Assembly (NCBI GenBank): GCA_963795855.1
Contig: CAWCIZ010000004.1
Coordinates: forward strand, 96,001 to 160,000
Direction of reading: 5' to 3'
Origin: Vulcanimicrobiota bacterium
GTDB taxonomy: Bacteria; Vulcanimicrobiota; Vulcanimicrobiia; Vulcanimicrobiales; Vulcanimicrobiaceae
DNA length: 64,000 nt
Shown here piece by piece: positions 1 to 10,676 of the stretch. The notes under the pieces are model-generated. The model saw only the letters and a program-made list of their open reading frames with translations. It searched no databases and had not been told where the DNA came from. The position numbers and the translations under genes are program-made. Every line of letters starts with the position of its first letter. Positions within the stretch are counted from its first letter, which is position 1.

Positions 1-4
1 GCCA

Positions 5-1408
5 TTGACCGGTGATGAAGCATATTACTGGGAATGGAGCCGGCGCCTCGCCGCCGGTTACGTCGATCATCCGCCCGCCGTCGCGTTTTGCATCGCCGCG
101 TTCGCGTGGCTCGGCCGCTCGCCGTTCGCGATTCGCATAGGGTTCGTTCTTTGCGGTTTGTTCGCGGCGCTGTTCGCCGGGGCGGCTGCAACGATGCTGG
201 CGCGCGACCGGCGCGCGGGTGCTCTCGCCGCGTTATGCGTGACGCTGGCGCCGATACTTACGGTGGTATTCGGCAGCGCGACGCCCGATGGCCCGTACGC
301 GCTCGCGTGGGCGGCGGCGTTGTACTGTGCGGTGCGGGCGCTTCGCGAACAGCGGCTTGCGTGGTTCGCATGGCTCGGCGCGGCACTCGGGTTCGCGCTG
401 CTCTCGCGTGCTTTCGCCTGGGCGCTCGTAGCGGGCGTCGTTGCAACGGCGTGCACGCCCGCTTATCGCGCGTCGCTGCGGCGTGGATTCTGGCTGACCG
501 CTCTTATCGCTGCCGCACTGTTCGCGCCGTATGTTTGGTGGAATGCAACGCATCATTGGATCGCGTTTTCGTTCGCGCTTATGCAGCGCCACCCATCGGA
601 TGAGGTGCAACTGCTGCGTCCGATCGCCGTATACGCACAGGACGCCCTCGCGTTTTCGCCGGGTTTGTGGATTGCCGCGACGATCGTGCTGATACGCGAG
701 CGCGAACCAGTGCTGCTTTGGACGGCGCTCCCGCTCAGTGTGATTCTGCTGCTGCTCTCGATGCACGAGCGCGTGGAGGTGTATTGGTTTGTCGGGCCGT
801 TCGTTTCAGCGTGCGTTGCGATTGGCTGTGCTTTCACGCGGTGGACCGCCGAACGCGCGCGCACCGCGAGCGCGTGGGTCTACGTGCCGGCCGTGCTTCT
901 TAGCGCGCTGATCTTTATCGCGGGGCTTGCACCGGGCGGGGTTTATGCGGCGCTCCGCGACGCAGGCGTGCGTCTCGCGGACGGAGGGCCGTTCGAAATG
1001 TTTACCTACCGCCGTCTGGCGCACGACGTAGCGGCTCTGACTGCGCCGCGCGCCGCGGTCGCGATGACGGACGGCTACGGATTTTCCTCACTGCTCGATT
1101 TTTACGCCGGCGTGCAGCCGGTCGTGATCGGCTACGATGCCCAGGGCGCCGAAGCTCGGAGTTGGTTCACCGATCGCAACGATCCCGTGCGCGCGTTGTT
1201 CGTCGACAAAGTGCCGCTTGCGTCGCGCCCGGATTTCAGCGCCCCGCTCGCGCGTGCATGCGCACGCGTTCGTCCGGGGCCCGTGCTCTCGTACCGCTTC
1301 TCGGCGGCGGACAACGCGGTCCCGCCGCGACGGTATTTTACGACGTGGTGCGATGGAATGCAGCGCAGTTCCATCGCTACGCTGCGCTGGGAAGGCGCGA
1401 AAAGTTAG
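5..1408 (+). CDS. ArnT/PMT-like (GT39/GT83) integral membrane glycosyltransferase; may be 5'-truncated by the window edge
   Basis: DEAYYWEW..L..GY.DHPP motif at the N-terminus followed by many hydrophobic helices. Confidence 0.85.
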   Translation: MTGDEAYYWEWSRRLAAGYVDHPPAVAFCIAAFAWLGRSPFAIRIGFVLCGLFAALFAGAAATMLARDRRAGALAALCVTLAPILTVVFGSATPDGPYALAWAAALYCAVRALREQRLAWFAWLGAALGFALLSRAFAWALVAGVVATACTPAYRASLRRGFWLTALIAAALFAPYVWWNATHHWIAFSFALMQRHPSDEVQLLRPIAVYAQDALAFSPGLWIAATIVLIREREPVLLWTALPLSVILLLLSMHERVEVYWFVGPFVSACVAIGCAFTRWTAERARTASAWVYVPAVLLSALIFIAGLAPGGVYAALRDAGVRLADGGPFEMFTYRRLAHDVAALTAPRAAVAMTDGYGFSSLLDFYAGVQPVVIGYDAQGAEARSWFTDRNDPVRALFVDKVPLASRPDFSAPLARACARVRPGPVLSYRFSAADNAVPPRRYFTTWCDGMQRSSIATLRWEGAKS

Positions 1409-3668
1409 GGAAGAAGCGTAAGCGTTTCGCGCGCGGCCGCGCGTATCGCCGCATCGCTGAACGCAAGCGGGACGAGCCGCTCGCGAGCCCACGTGCCGCT
1501 CTGATCGGTGTAATGTCCCGATGCGGGCTCGCCCGACTCCCCGCTCGGAATCACCATGCCGCCCGCATCCCAATTTCCGACGTCCCACACGGCGCGAAAA
1601 CTTTGCGAGTGCGTCGGCGTCTGCACGTGCAAACTGAAGTCTGTCGCCGTTTCCGTCGAACGTCGCGCCGTTGAGAAACGTCGCGCCGAGCATGGAAAGC
1701 GGATGCTGCACCGTGAACCGGCCGTACTCACCCCAGGGTTCGAGCATGCGCGCTCCATAGTTTTTGACGGCGAAGCGCAGCGATTCGACGAGCAGCGCAT
1801 CGTAGTCGCTCTTGGGCCACCAACCCCGCGGGCGTTCGCGCAGAACGCGCATGAGCAGCACGAGGTCGGCGGTTCCCGCGCTGGACTGATAGGCCTGCGC
1901 CAGGGAACCCGCATTGTACTGCGCCAAACTCGTCGCCGCAATCTGACGCAGCTCCCATGCTATCGGCGCGCCCCGCGAGCCCGGATCGAAGCGGCCGTCC
2001 CACTGCGAGAGCGCGCGCACATACGGTTGCAGCGTCCGGTCACGATCCGCGCGCTTGCGGCGCAGCGCCGCGAGCGTTGCGCGTGCGATGTCGCGTTCGG
2101 GAATCGAGAGCGTGTCGGTTTGAAACCGAGCGAAATCTGGACTGAAAATGCGCGCTTGCGGTGCAGCAGCTCTTCGATCCGCCTCGCGCGGTACGGCGCC
2201 GCGAAGTTTGGACTCAGCCGGTATGGATACCCGGCACCGTAGATGCGGTTGTTCGCGGTGAAAACGATCGCATCGCGCGAGGGCGCAAGGCGCGGCAACT
2301 GCGAGAAGGGTATCGGCGGATATATCCGTTCGCGAGCCGCGTGGACGCGCAGTCCCCAAAGCGGATCGTTCGGTATGAGTCCGGCGAGCTGATACGCGGC
2401 TCTGCCGCTCCGGTCGGCTATGACGAAGTTTTGCGGCGGCCCAGGATACGTGCGCAATGCGCGCACTGCCTGCGCGATCGACTTCGCGCGATCGAGAGCT
2501 GGAACGTTTGAAGCGGGGTAATCGGCGTGCGCGCGCCGTGCCAGAACACGGAATATGCGGTATCTCCCGAGGTTTGTGCTACGAAACCGTGACGCGTGCG
2601 ATAATATGTGAACGTGCGATCGCCGCCGAACCGGACGTGAAACAGTTTCCGTCCGCTTGCGCGCCCCGCGTAGGGAATCGCGGTACACGCTTTCGGTTGC
2701 AACGGTGCCGTTCGTCGAACCCCACGCAATGTCGGCATTGTGGCCGAGAATGACACCGGGCGTGCCCGCGAGCGACGCGCCCGCAACGTGAAACGTTCCC
2801 TGATGCAGATCGCTCAGATACCAGATGCCCGGGATGCCTAACCGCAAGTGCGGATCGTTGGCGAGCAACGCGCGCCCGGTAACGCGAGTGCGCCGCTCCG
2901 ATCGCCCACTCGTTGCTGCCGATCGGCGGCCGATGATAATAGCGCGGCAGCGTCATCGCTGCCGCGGCGCGCTTTCCCGAACGCGGGGGCAAGCGGCGGA
3001 ACCGGCTCGATTGCCGTTCCGTCAATCGGCGCGTCGTACGCCGGATCGGTAATCGAATAGAGGTCGAGCAGCGGCGCCGCGCGCTTATCCCGCGCAATTG
3101 CATCGCGTCGAATGACGTCGTCCCACGGATCGATCAGATCCAACACCGTCGCCATTCCAACCGCCAGCGTGTCTTGCGGCATCCACGGCCGCGGTTTGTA
3201 CAGCAAGATGTGAAACTCAGGCGGCAGCGGCTCGCGATTCATCGCAGCGTTCACGCCTTGCGCGAACGCCTGCAACCGCCGACGATCCCGAACGCCCAGA
3301 TGCGCCCACTGCTGCGCGACGATGTCTCGAATATCGCAAATGCGGGCGTTTTCATCGGCGCTCAACACGCCGGGGCCGAGCACTTCGGCCAGTCTGCCGT
3401 ACACGTACCGGCGCAGCAGGTCCATTTGAAACAGCCTGTCCGATGCTTCCGCGTAGCCTTGCGCGAACATGAGATCGTGCTGCGTAGAGGCATAGATGTG
3501 CGGAATGTCGCGCTCGTCACGAACGATGCGCACCGGCGCGTCCAAACCGCTTAGGCGTATGGTGCCGGCGTTTTGCGATGCGGCACGAAGGCCGATCGCG
3601 ACCCAGAGCATCCAGACGAGAATCAGCAAGAGCAGCGCCGAAAGCAAGGCCGCCAGCGCGTAGCGCAT
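1405..3668 (-). CDS. Penicillin acylase family (Ntn hydrolase, peptidase S45), broken by about 6 frameshifts
   Basis: Consecutive fragments in alternating frames: DERDIPHIYA..AQGY..DRLFQMD, GSNEWAI (catalytic Ser), ANDPHL, QNFVIADRSG, TANN, SFRAVWD..SGESG..SGHYTDQ. Confidence 0.85.
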
Positions 3669-3690
3669 CGGCCCGGGAAAGCGTCGGCGC

Positions 3691-3997
3691 TTAGGCGTCG
3701 ACGAAGACGTCATCACCCTGGATGCGTACCGAAAAAGTTGGCAGCGGCATTACGGCCGGAAGTGTCAGCACTGCGCCGGTGCGCACGTCGAAATTCGGCG
3801 CCGTGCCGCGCGCAAACGATTCGGCATTCTTCCAGTTCGCCTTGGTCGAGCGGCGCGCCGTCGTGCGTGCAGACGTCTTCGATGGCGTAAATCGCACCCT
3901 CGCAGTTGCACAGCAGAATTTCGGTGCCGTCGACGACGACGCGCAGCGTGCGCCCGGGCGCGATGTCGGTGACTTTCGCTACGGGATAATCCGCCAT
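3691..3997 (-). CDS. Rieske [2Fe-2S] ferredoxin (one frameshift near 3790)
   Basis: MADYPVAKV..CTHD..IVCARHG in one frame continues as FDVRTGAVLTLPA..V in another; CxH/CxxH ligands. Confidence 0.88.
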
Positions 3998-4108
3998 GGT
4001 GTGCGCGTTCTGAAATGCGCCGAATCCACCCTTCGAGTACTCGGGACGTCTCAACAGCCGGCGGGCTAAGAGTTCGGCCAACACGGATGTTATTTCCTTA
4101 CTTGTCCC

Positions 4109-4167
4109 GCGAAAATGCGGATAAGCGGAAAAACCGCACGGATGCGGTTTTTCTAGCGCTTCGCGAA
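4109..4167. repeat. Intergenic hairpin element (family B, copy 1); could also act as a terminator for sufB
   Basis: GAAAAACCGCA-CGGA-TGCGGTTTTTC perfect stem at 4128-4153; flanks resemble 58894-58952. Confidence 0.65.
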
Positions 4168-4185
4168 AGATTCGGCGCGGCGAGA

Positions 4186-5606
4186 CTACCCGACGCTGCC
4201 TTCCATCTCCATCTTGACGAGACGGTTCAGTTCGACCGCATATTCCATCGGGAGTTCCTTGACGAAGAAGTCGAAAAACCCGTTGACGATGATGCGCGCG
4301 TCGCGTCCGCTTCGCTCAGACCGCGGCTCATCGCGTAGAACAGTCTGCTCCTCGCTGATTTTGCTGACGCTCGCTTCATGTTCGACGGTCGAACGCTGCT
4401 CGTGCACTTTCATGGTCGGCTTGGTGTCGCTCGAGGAATCCTCGTCCATGATGATTGCGTCGCACTTCACGCGCGTGCGAGCGCCGATCGCACCCGGCAT
4501 GATCTCGACCAGCCCGCGGTACGTCGTCTTTCCACCGTGCGCGGAGAGCGATTTGTTCGTGATGACCGACGTCGTGTTAGGCGCAGCGTGAATCACTTTC
4601 GCGCCCGCATCCTGATGCTGTCCTTCGCCGCGCTACCGCCATAGAGAGAACGGTGCCGCGCGCCCCTTCGCCCATCAGGTAAATCGACGGATATTTCATG
4701 GTCAGGCGCGAGCCCAGGTTGCCGTCGACCCACTCCACGGTCGCGTTCTTGTACGCGACTGCGCGTTTCGTGACGAGATTGAAAATATTGCGGTACCAGT
4801 TCTGAATCGTCGTGTAGCGGATCGAGGAGTCTTCGAGCGCGATGAGTTCGACGACGGCGCTGTGCAGCGAACTCGAAGAAAACTTCGGCGCGGTACAGCC
4901 TTCGGTATAATGAAATTTCGCTCCTGGCTCGGCGATCATCAGCGTGCGCTCGAACTGGCCCATGTTCTCGCTGTTGATGCGGAAGTAGGCCTGCAGCGGC
5001 GTCTTGACCTCGACGCCGGGCGGGACGTACGCAAACGAACCGCCGGACCACACCGCGGAGTTGAGCGCCGCGAATTTGTTGTCACCCGGCGGAATGACCG
5101 TCGACGAAATACTTCTTGACGATCTCCGGATACTCGCGAACGGCGGTGTCCATGTCGCAGAAGATGACGCCGAGCTCTTCCAGGTCCGTGCGGATGGAGT
5201 GGTAGACGACTTCCGATTCGTATTGCGCAGAAACGCCGGAAAGAAAGTTGCGCTCGGCCTCGGGGATGCCGAGCTTGTCGAAAGTGCGCTTGATGTCCTC
5301 GGGCACGTCGTCCCACGATCTTGCCGACGTGGTCGCTGGCGCGCACGAAGTACTGGATGTTGTCGAAGTCGATCTCGGCCAGCCGTTCGGTATCGCCCCA
5401 CCAGGGCATCGGCTTACTAAGGAAGATGTCGAGCGCCTTGAGGCGGAAATCGCGCATCCAGCCCGGCTCGTTCTTCATCTCGCTGATGTTGCACGACGAT
5501 CTCCCGGGTCAGGCCCTTCCCCGACTGGAAAACATAGTTCTCGGGGTCGTGGAAGCCGTGCTCGGTAATCCTCGCCGATCGCGGCGGGCTTGAATTGCGT
5601 CGCCAT
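4186..5606 (-). CDS. sufB: Fe-S cluster assembly scaffold SufB (about 6-7 frameshifts)
   Basis: Fragments [89 protein letters not shown]. Confidence 0.93.
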
Positions 5607-5651
5607 GTGCCTTCCTTAAGGCTACCCCGCGAAGGTAGTGGGGCGATAGTC

Positions 5652-5672
5652 AAGATAGTTAAGTCGTATCTT
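5652..5672. promoter_or_regulatory. Candidate operator in the sufB promoter region
   Basis: AAGATA-N9-TATCTT inverted repeat inside an AT-rich patch about 50 bp upstream of the sufB start. Confidence 0.4.
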
Positions 5673-5737
5673 AAATATCTCTTCCAGTCTGCGGCCTGGC
5701 GCCGCCCGGCTGCCCGCTCTTTTTTCGCCGGAAGTCC

Positions 5738-5766
5738 TTTACAGGGGGGTATTGAGGGGCTATCAT
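5738..5766 (+). promoter_or_regulatory. Sigma70-type promoter for speD
   Basis: TTTACA-N17-TATCAT. Confidence 0.65.
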
Positions 5767-5772
5767 GGTCGC

Positions 5773-5991
5773 CGGACCCTTCCTAAGGCTTGGATTTCCT
5801 CTGTTTGGCCTGCCGAAGGTGCCACGGTCATGGGAGGCGCGCCCTTACGCGCCATCGCGGCGAGCCGCCCGCGCACCGCAAAAGCGCCGGCAAGAGTTCG
5901 TCGATAGGTCGGGGACGTGACTGCACCGCAGGCGCCAGCCGACGAGTCCGGAGGTGGGATTTCCCCCAAGGTCGAGGAGAGAAGACGAGAA
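5773..5991 (+). ncRNA. Long structured 5' leader of speD (candidate cis-regulatory RNA)
   Basis: About 220 nt between the predicted promoter and the TTG start, containing several GC stems. Confidence 0.35.
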
Positions 5992-6465
5992 TTGAAGGCA
6001 CTCGGTACGCACATTGTGTGTGAACTGTCGGGGTGTGACCCGGAGGCCCTCACGGACGTCGATGCCGTCCACGCCATGATGATCACCGCTGCCAAGGCGG
6101 CGAATGCGACCATTATGGAGAGCGCCTTCCACCGGTTTGAGCCGCAGGGTGTTTCCGGTACCGTCATTTTGGCGGAGTCGCACTTGTCCATCCACACCTG
6201 GCCCGAGAAAGGCTACGCTGCGATGGACTTTTATACGTGCGGCGATCACACCAATCCATGGCTGGCCTGCGAACACGCGGCCCAAGTGCTCTCCGCCAAG
6301 AGCATGCTGACCACCGAATTCAAACGCGGAATCGAATCGAAGAACGGGACGTACACCCACGTGGTAACGCGCGACCGAAGCCGAGGACCGTCCCCTCACC
6401 GCGTAAGCCTCTCCGAACCGAACATCCAGCGGCGCGTCCATGGACGCGCCGTTTTATTTGCGTAA
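5992..6465 (+). CDS. speD: S-adenosylmethionine decarboxylase proenzyme (class 1B)
   Basis: GTHIVCEL..FHRFEPQGVSGTVILAESHLSIHTWPEKGYAAMDFYTCG; TTG start after GAGGAG (alternative GTG at 5917). Confidence 0.95.
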   Translation: MKALGTHIVCELSGCDPEALTDVDAVHAMMITAAKAANATIMESAFHRFEPQGVSGTVILAESHLSIHTWPEKGYAAMDFYTCGDHTNPWLACEHAAQVLSAKSMLTTEFKRGIESKNGTYTHVVTRDRSRGPSPHRVSLSEPNIQRRVHGRAVLFA

Positions 6466-6507
6466 AACCAATCGACTGCAGCCCCCCGTACCTCCGATAC
6501 AGCAAGT

Positions 6508-8274
6508 ATGAGGATGAGGGTGCCGCAGTTTTTGACTGCGGGTGTTACGCTTTCCACGTTGTTGCTCGCGGGCTGCGCGGAGGCGGAGGTTCGACTTCCG
6601 GCGGTGCGGGAGCGCAGCTCATTCCGGTCTTGAACGCGACGCCGACGCCCTCAGCCGATGCGCCGGTCGCCTATTTCCAAGATTCGGGCTCCTCGTCGGG
6701 GAGCGGAACGATCGTTGCCGGGCGCGCATCAGGCGCTCGTAGCGATCGTCTCCGGATCGTCCGGAGCCTCGTCGTTCGCGGGCGACGCGCTCACCGTCAG
6801 CACGCCCTCGACCGCACAAACTTCCACGCGGAGCGCACAAACACGGGTTCGCGCCGTTGCCGCGCCGCGTACTCCGTCCGTTGAGGCGTTTCCGGCGGAT
6901 GACGGACCGCTGCTGCGCAGTCTGCAAAGCCTGCGCACGACGGATGCTGCAGCGCAGCCGCGCACCAGCCAAAGCATCGTGCCGGCACCGCTTTCGGTGG
7001 GTGCGCGCGCAGCCATTTGGGTGCAGAAAGGATCGCTCAGCGGGCCGCGCGTCAACGTGCAGGTTCCGGCGACGGTGCTCGAACAAACCGCGCACGCGAA
7101 CGTTTGGATCGACGACACGCTGCATTTGACGCAAACCGACCTGAACCAAATCGGCGTCGACGTCGAGAACGCATACGCTTCAGACACAAGGCATTTCGCC
7201 TCGTTCGATTACAGCTCGAGCGCGCCGGCACTGCAGCCGCGCTACTCCGCCTGCGCCGTGGGCGGCGCCTCGCAAGGCAGTTCCACCGCATACATCTCCG
7301 AACCGGCGGATCGGCGTATCGACGTGATGGTCGTCAATTCGTCGAATCTCGGCGGCTTGGGCGGATATTTTTCCGGCGCAAACTTGATGACGCAGGCGAC
7401 GCTCAACTGTTTGAACGGGCCCAACCAGACGTACGAATCGAACGAAGCGCCGTTCATCTTCATCGGCTGGTTCGCGAGCAGCGGAACGGCGTACGAGTTG
7501 CAGGAAGATTTAGTACGCAGCAGCGCGCACGAACTGCAGCATCTGATCAATTTCGTCAATCACTCGATTCTCGCGCCGGGCGCCTCTTCCACGTCGTTCG
7601 ACGGCAACGAAGAAACGTACGTGAACGAAGGCCTCTCGATGCTCGCGCAAGACCTCGCCGTGGCGACGATGTACGGCTCGCGCGGGGTGCAATTCGACAT
7701 CGACGACGCCCTCAGCCGCGCCGACGTCTATCTCGCCGGGCCGCAAAATTATTCGCTCAGCGCCTTCACGGGAGTCGATCCTGCTTCGTGGGGAGGCAGC
7801 TCGAGCCCGCAATACAACTGCGGAGGCGGGTGTTACGGCGGAGCGTACCTGTTCGAGCGATACCTGCGCGACCGCTTCGGCGGCGATCAGTACACACATA
7901 CGATGGAAACGAGCGGCGTGACCGGCGACCGGAATCTCGAAAACGCCACCGGAGAATCGCCCGCCTCACTCTTCGGCGATTTCGCGCTGGCGATGGCCGC
8001 GGATTCGCTGCATGTCACGTGCGGCGATCCGCGCTTTCACTTCGGCACGCTGGACGTCGCCGGCACGTATTCCGATCAGTTCGGCGGTTCTACTACGTTG
8101 GGCGGCCTATTCGCGCAGCCGTTTTCCGGCGACTCCGTTACGGTGAACGCTCCGGTCGGCGGCATCGCGTTCGTCGACGTGAGTGCGGTACCGGCAAGCG
8201 GGACGACCGTTTCCGTCGCCGATCGCGAAACGGCGCCGGGCTTTACGCTGGAAGGCGGACTCGCGCAGAAATAG
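6508..8274 (+). CDS. Lipoprotein zinc metallopeptidase-like protein (M30-like); two frameshifts near the 5' end
   Basis: Lipobox LLLAGC after ATG 6508; AHELQHLINF..NEGLS (HExxH plus downstream E). Confidence 0.65.
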
Positions 8275-8319
8275 TCGTCCGCGAGGCGTTGCGCCGCACC
8301 TGGCCAATGTAGCGGGCCT

Positions 8320-9207
8320 ATGCCCAAGACCGAACACTGGCAGTGGTACGTCGAGGAGTTCTCCCCGACGGAACAGCACCACCATGCCGTCGAGCAGGTG
8401 TATTACGCCGGCCGAACGCCATTTCAAAGCGTCGGCGTCATCAAAACGCCCGTGTTCGGCAAAATGCTGATCCTCGACGGCGATACGCAGAGCGCGCAGT
8501 TCGACGAGAAGATCTATCACGAATCGCTCGTGCATCCGGCCATGGCGGGCGCGCGAGACCGCTCGGACGTTCTCATTCTCGGCGGCGGCGAAGGCGCGAC
8601 GCTGCGCGAGGTGCTGCGGCATCCGCAGGTGCGACGCTGTACGATGGTCGACATCGACGGCCAAGTCGTCGATCTGTCCAAGCGGTATTTGCCGGAGTGG
8701 TCCGACGGCGCGTTCGACGATCCGCGCGCGCGCGTCATCGTAGCAGATGCGCTCGCGTTTTTGGCGGAGGATCGCGATCGCTACGGCGTTATCATTTCGG
8801 ATTTGACCGAGCCGCTCGAGGATTCGCCGAGCAATCCGCTGTTTTGCGAGGCGGTCTTCCACAACATCAAGGCGCGGTTGGCGGACGGCGGCATCTACGT
8901 GTTACAGGCCAGCACCGCCGGCTTTCACAATATGTCTCTGCACGCGAAGATGGCGCGAACGCTGCGCGCCTATTACGAGCATGTCGCGTCGTTTTACACG
9001 CACGTTCCCGCGTTCGATAACGACTGGGCCTTCATCGCCTGCAGCGATTCCGTCGATCTCGCCGCGCTCGATCCGCAGAGCGTCGATCGCTATTGCGCGA
9101 ATTTGCGCGGCGAAAACTTCTTTTACGACGGCGTCACGCACCGCCGGATCTTCTCCCTGCCGCTGTATTTGCGGCGGGAGCTTTCACGGCACGGGGACAC
9201 GTTTTGA
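8320..9207 (+). CDS. speE: Spermidine synthase (polyamine aminopropyltransferase)
   Basis: TPFQ..FGKMLILDG..YHESLVHPAM..LILGGGEGATLRE..DIDG..IISDLTEP. Confidence 0.95.
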   Translation: MPKTEHWQWYVEEFSPTEQHHHAVEQVYYAGRTPFQSVGVIKTPVFGKMLILDGDTQSAQFDEKIYHESLVHPAMAGARDRSDVLILGGGEGATLREVLRHPQVRRCTMVDIDGQVVDLSKRYLPEWSDGAFDDPRARVIVADALAFLAEDRDRYGVIISDLTEPLEDSPSNPLFCEAVFHNIKARLADGGIYVLQASTAGFHNMSLHAKMARTLRAYYEHVASFYTHVPAFDNDWAFIACSDSVDLAALDPQSVDRYCANLRGENFFYDGVTHRRIFSLPLYLRRELSRHGDTF

Positions 9208-10016
9208 CGAACGCGCGCTATGGGGGAAAAACCGTTCTCGTCACGGGCGGCGGATCCGGTCTTGGGCGCTCGATGGCGACGGCGTTCGCGGCGGAGGGCG
9301 CAAGCGTTTGCGTAATCGGGCGGCGGCAAGGAGCGCTTGATGAAACGGTGCAACTGATCGAGCGCGCCGGGAGTACGGCATTCGCGCTCTCGTGCGATGT
9401 GCGCGACGCGGCGCGCGTCGAGGAGACCGTGCTCGAAATCGTGCGGCGCACGGGACGTCTCGACGTGCTCGTGAACAATGCTGCCGGCAACTTCATCACG
9501 CCCTCCGAAAAGCTTTCACCCAACGGCTTCAAGTCCGTCGTCGACATCGTCCTCGGCGGCACGTTCCACTGCACGCGGTACGCGTTCGAGCCGCTGCGCG
9601 CAAACCGCGGCGTCGTGCTCAACATCATCGCGACGTACGCGTGGCTCGGCGAGCCGGGCGCGCTGCATTCGGCCTGCGCGAAAGCCGGAGTGCTCGCAAT
9701 GACGCGAACGCTGGCGGCCGAGTGGGGACGATTCGGCATACGCGTGAACGCGATCGCACCCGGCCCTATCCACACGGAAGGGACTGACAAAAATCTCTGG
9801 AGCGTTGCGGACGTGGAGCGCAATGTCCAAGCGCAGGTGCCTCTCGGGCGGCTCGGCTCGCCGGAAGACGTTTCACGCGCGGCGCTTTGGCTGTGTTCGG
9901 CGGAGGCGGGCTGGGTGAGCGGCGCGGCGCTGCCGGTTGACGGCGCCCACTGGCTCGATGGCGGCACGCTGAACTTCCGCGCGGCTTACGACCGCTTCGC
10001 GAGCGAACAGGCCTGA
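9204..10016 (+). CDS. SDR oxidoreductase, 2,4-dienoyl-CoA reductase-like
   Basis: TGGGSGLG, NNAAGNFI..LSPNGFKSVVDIVL.GTF, HSACAKAGV. Confidence 0.88.
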   Translation: MTNARYGGKTVLVTGGGSGLGRSMATAFAAEGASVCVIGRRQGALDETVQLIERAGSTAFALSCDVRDAARVEETVLEIVRRTGRLDVLVNNAAGNFITPSEKLSPNGFKSVVDIVLGGTFHCTRYAFEPLRANRGVVLNIIATYAWLGEPGALHSACAKAGVLAMTRTLAAEWGRFGIRVNAIAPGPIHTEGTDKNLWSVADVERNVQAQVPLGRLGSPEDVSRAALWLCSAEAGWVSGAALPVDGAHWLDGGTLNFRAAYDRFASEQA

Positions 10017-10076
10017 GAGGGGCGCGGTAAAAGGCGTAGCCGAAGTGGCACGTCTTCGTTAGAGTGGGGATTGCCC

Positions 10077-10508
10077 ATGTCGATTGATCAAGAGCACGCG
10101 CGCAGGCAGTGGGATAAGGAGAAATCGCATTTCGTCGAGCTGCTGGATTTGCGGCTCGAAAGCGTTTCTCACGGCCGCGCGGTCATGCGAATGCCGTATC
10201 GTTCGCAGATCTCCAATGGAACGGGCGCGGTGCACGGCGGCGCGATCGTCAGTTTGTGCGATACGTGTTTCTACGTGGCGCTCGCTTCGATTTACGGCCG
10301 CGACCAGGACACGACGACCGTAGCCCTGCAGTGCAATTATTTGGCGCCCGCATTGCCGCCGCACGATCTCATCGCCGAAGCGACCGTGCTCAAGGCTGGA
10401 CGCCGCGTCGTCTATGGTGAAGTCCACGTGCGCAGCGGCGAGAAGCTCGTGGCGCATGCAACGCTGAATTTCCTGAACAGCTACGCCGAAGAAAAACCAA
10501 AGAAATGA
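10077..10508 (+). CDS. PaaI-family thioesterase
   Basis: NGTGAVHGGAIVSLCD hot-dog motif. Confidence 0.88.
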   Translation: MSIDQEHARRQWDKEKSHFVELLDLRLESVSHGRAVMRMPYRSQISNGTGAVHGGAIVSLCDTCFYVALASIYGRDQDTTTVALQCNYLAPALPPHDLIAEATVLKAGRRVVYGEVHVRSGEKLVAHATLNFLNSYAEEKPKK

Positions 10509-10524
10509 TGAGCACTTTATCGCC

Positions 10525-10671
10525 GCGCCCTCGGGGGCAGTTTGCGCCGGCACTACGTTGCCCGCTGAATTTTGGGCCGCAACTTGTTGGCCGGTGTTAT
10601 CGCACGTCGTATGCCGAACGGCAGGCTCACCTCCTGTTCGCTGCGTGCGCGCACCTCGGAGCGGAGCGCCT
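10525..10671 (+). repeat. Intergenic structured element (family A, diverged copy upstream of gcvT)
   Basis: Shares GCGCCCTCGGGG start, TTGGG..CC.CAAC..GT.GGCCG middle and GCGCGCA..CGGAGCGCCT end with 12158-12361. Confidence 0.5.
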
Positions 10672-10676
10672 GTAGA

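Noticed and set aside
4186..5606. sufB pseudogene or intein
   Set aside because: Length is normal and motifs are intact; the indel pattern is shared with neighbours and points to sequencing error
10509..10676. Glycine riboswitch upstream of gcvT
   Set aside because: The GGAGA..CCGAAG..CTCTCAGG aptamer hallmarks are not visible
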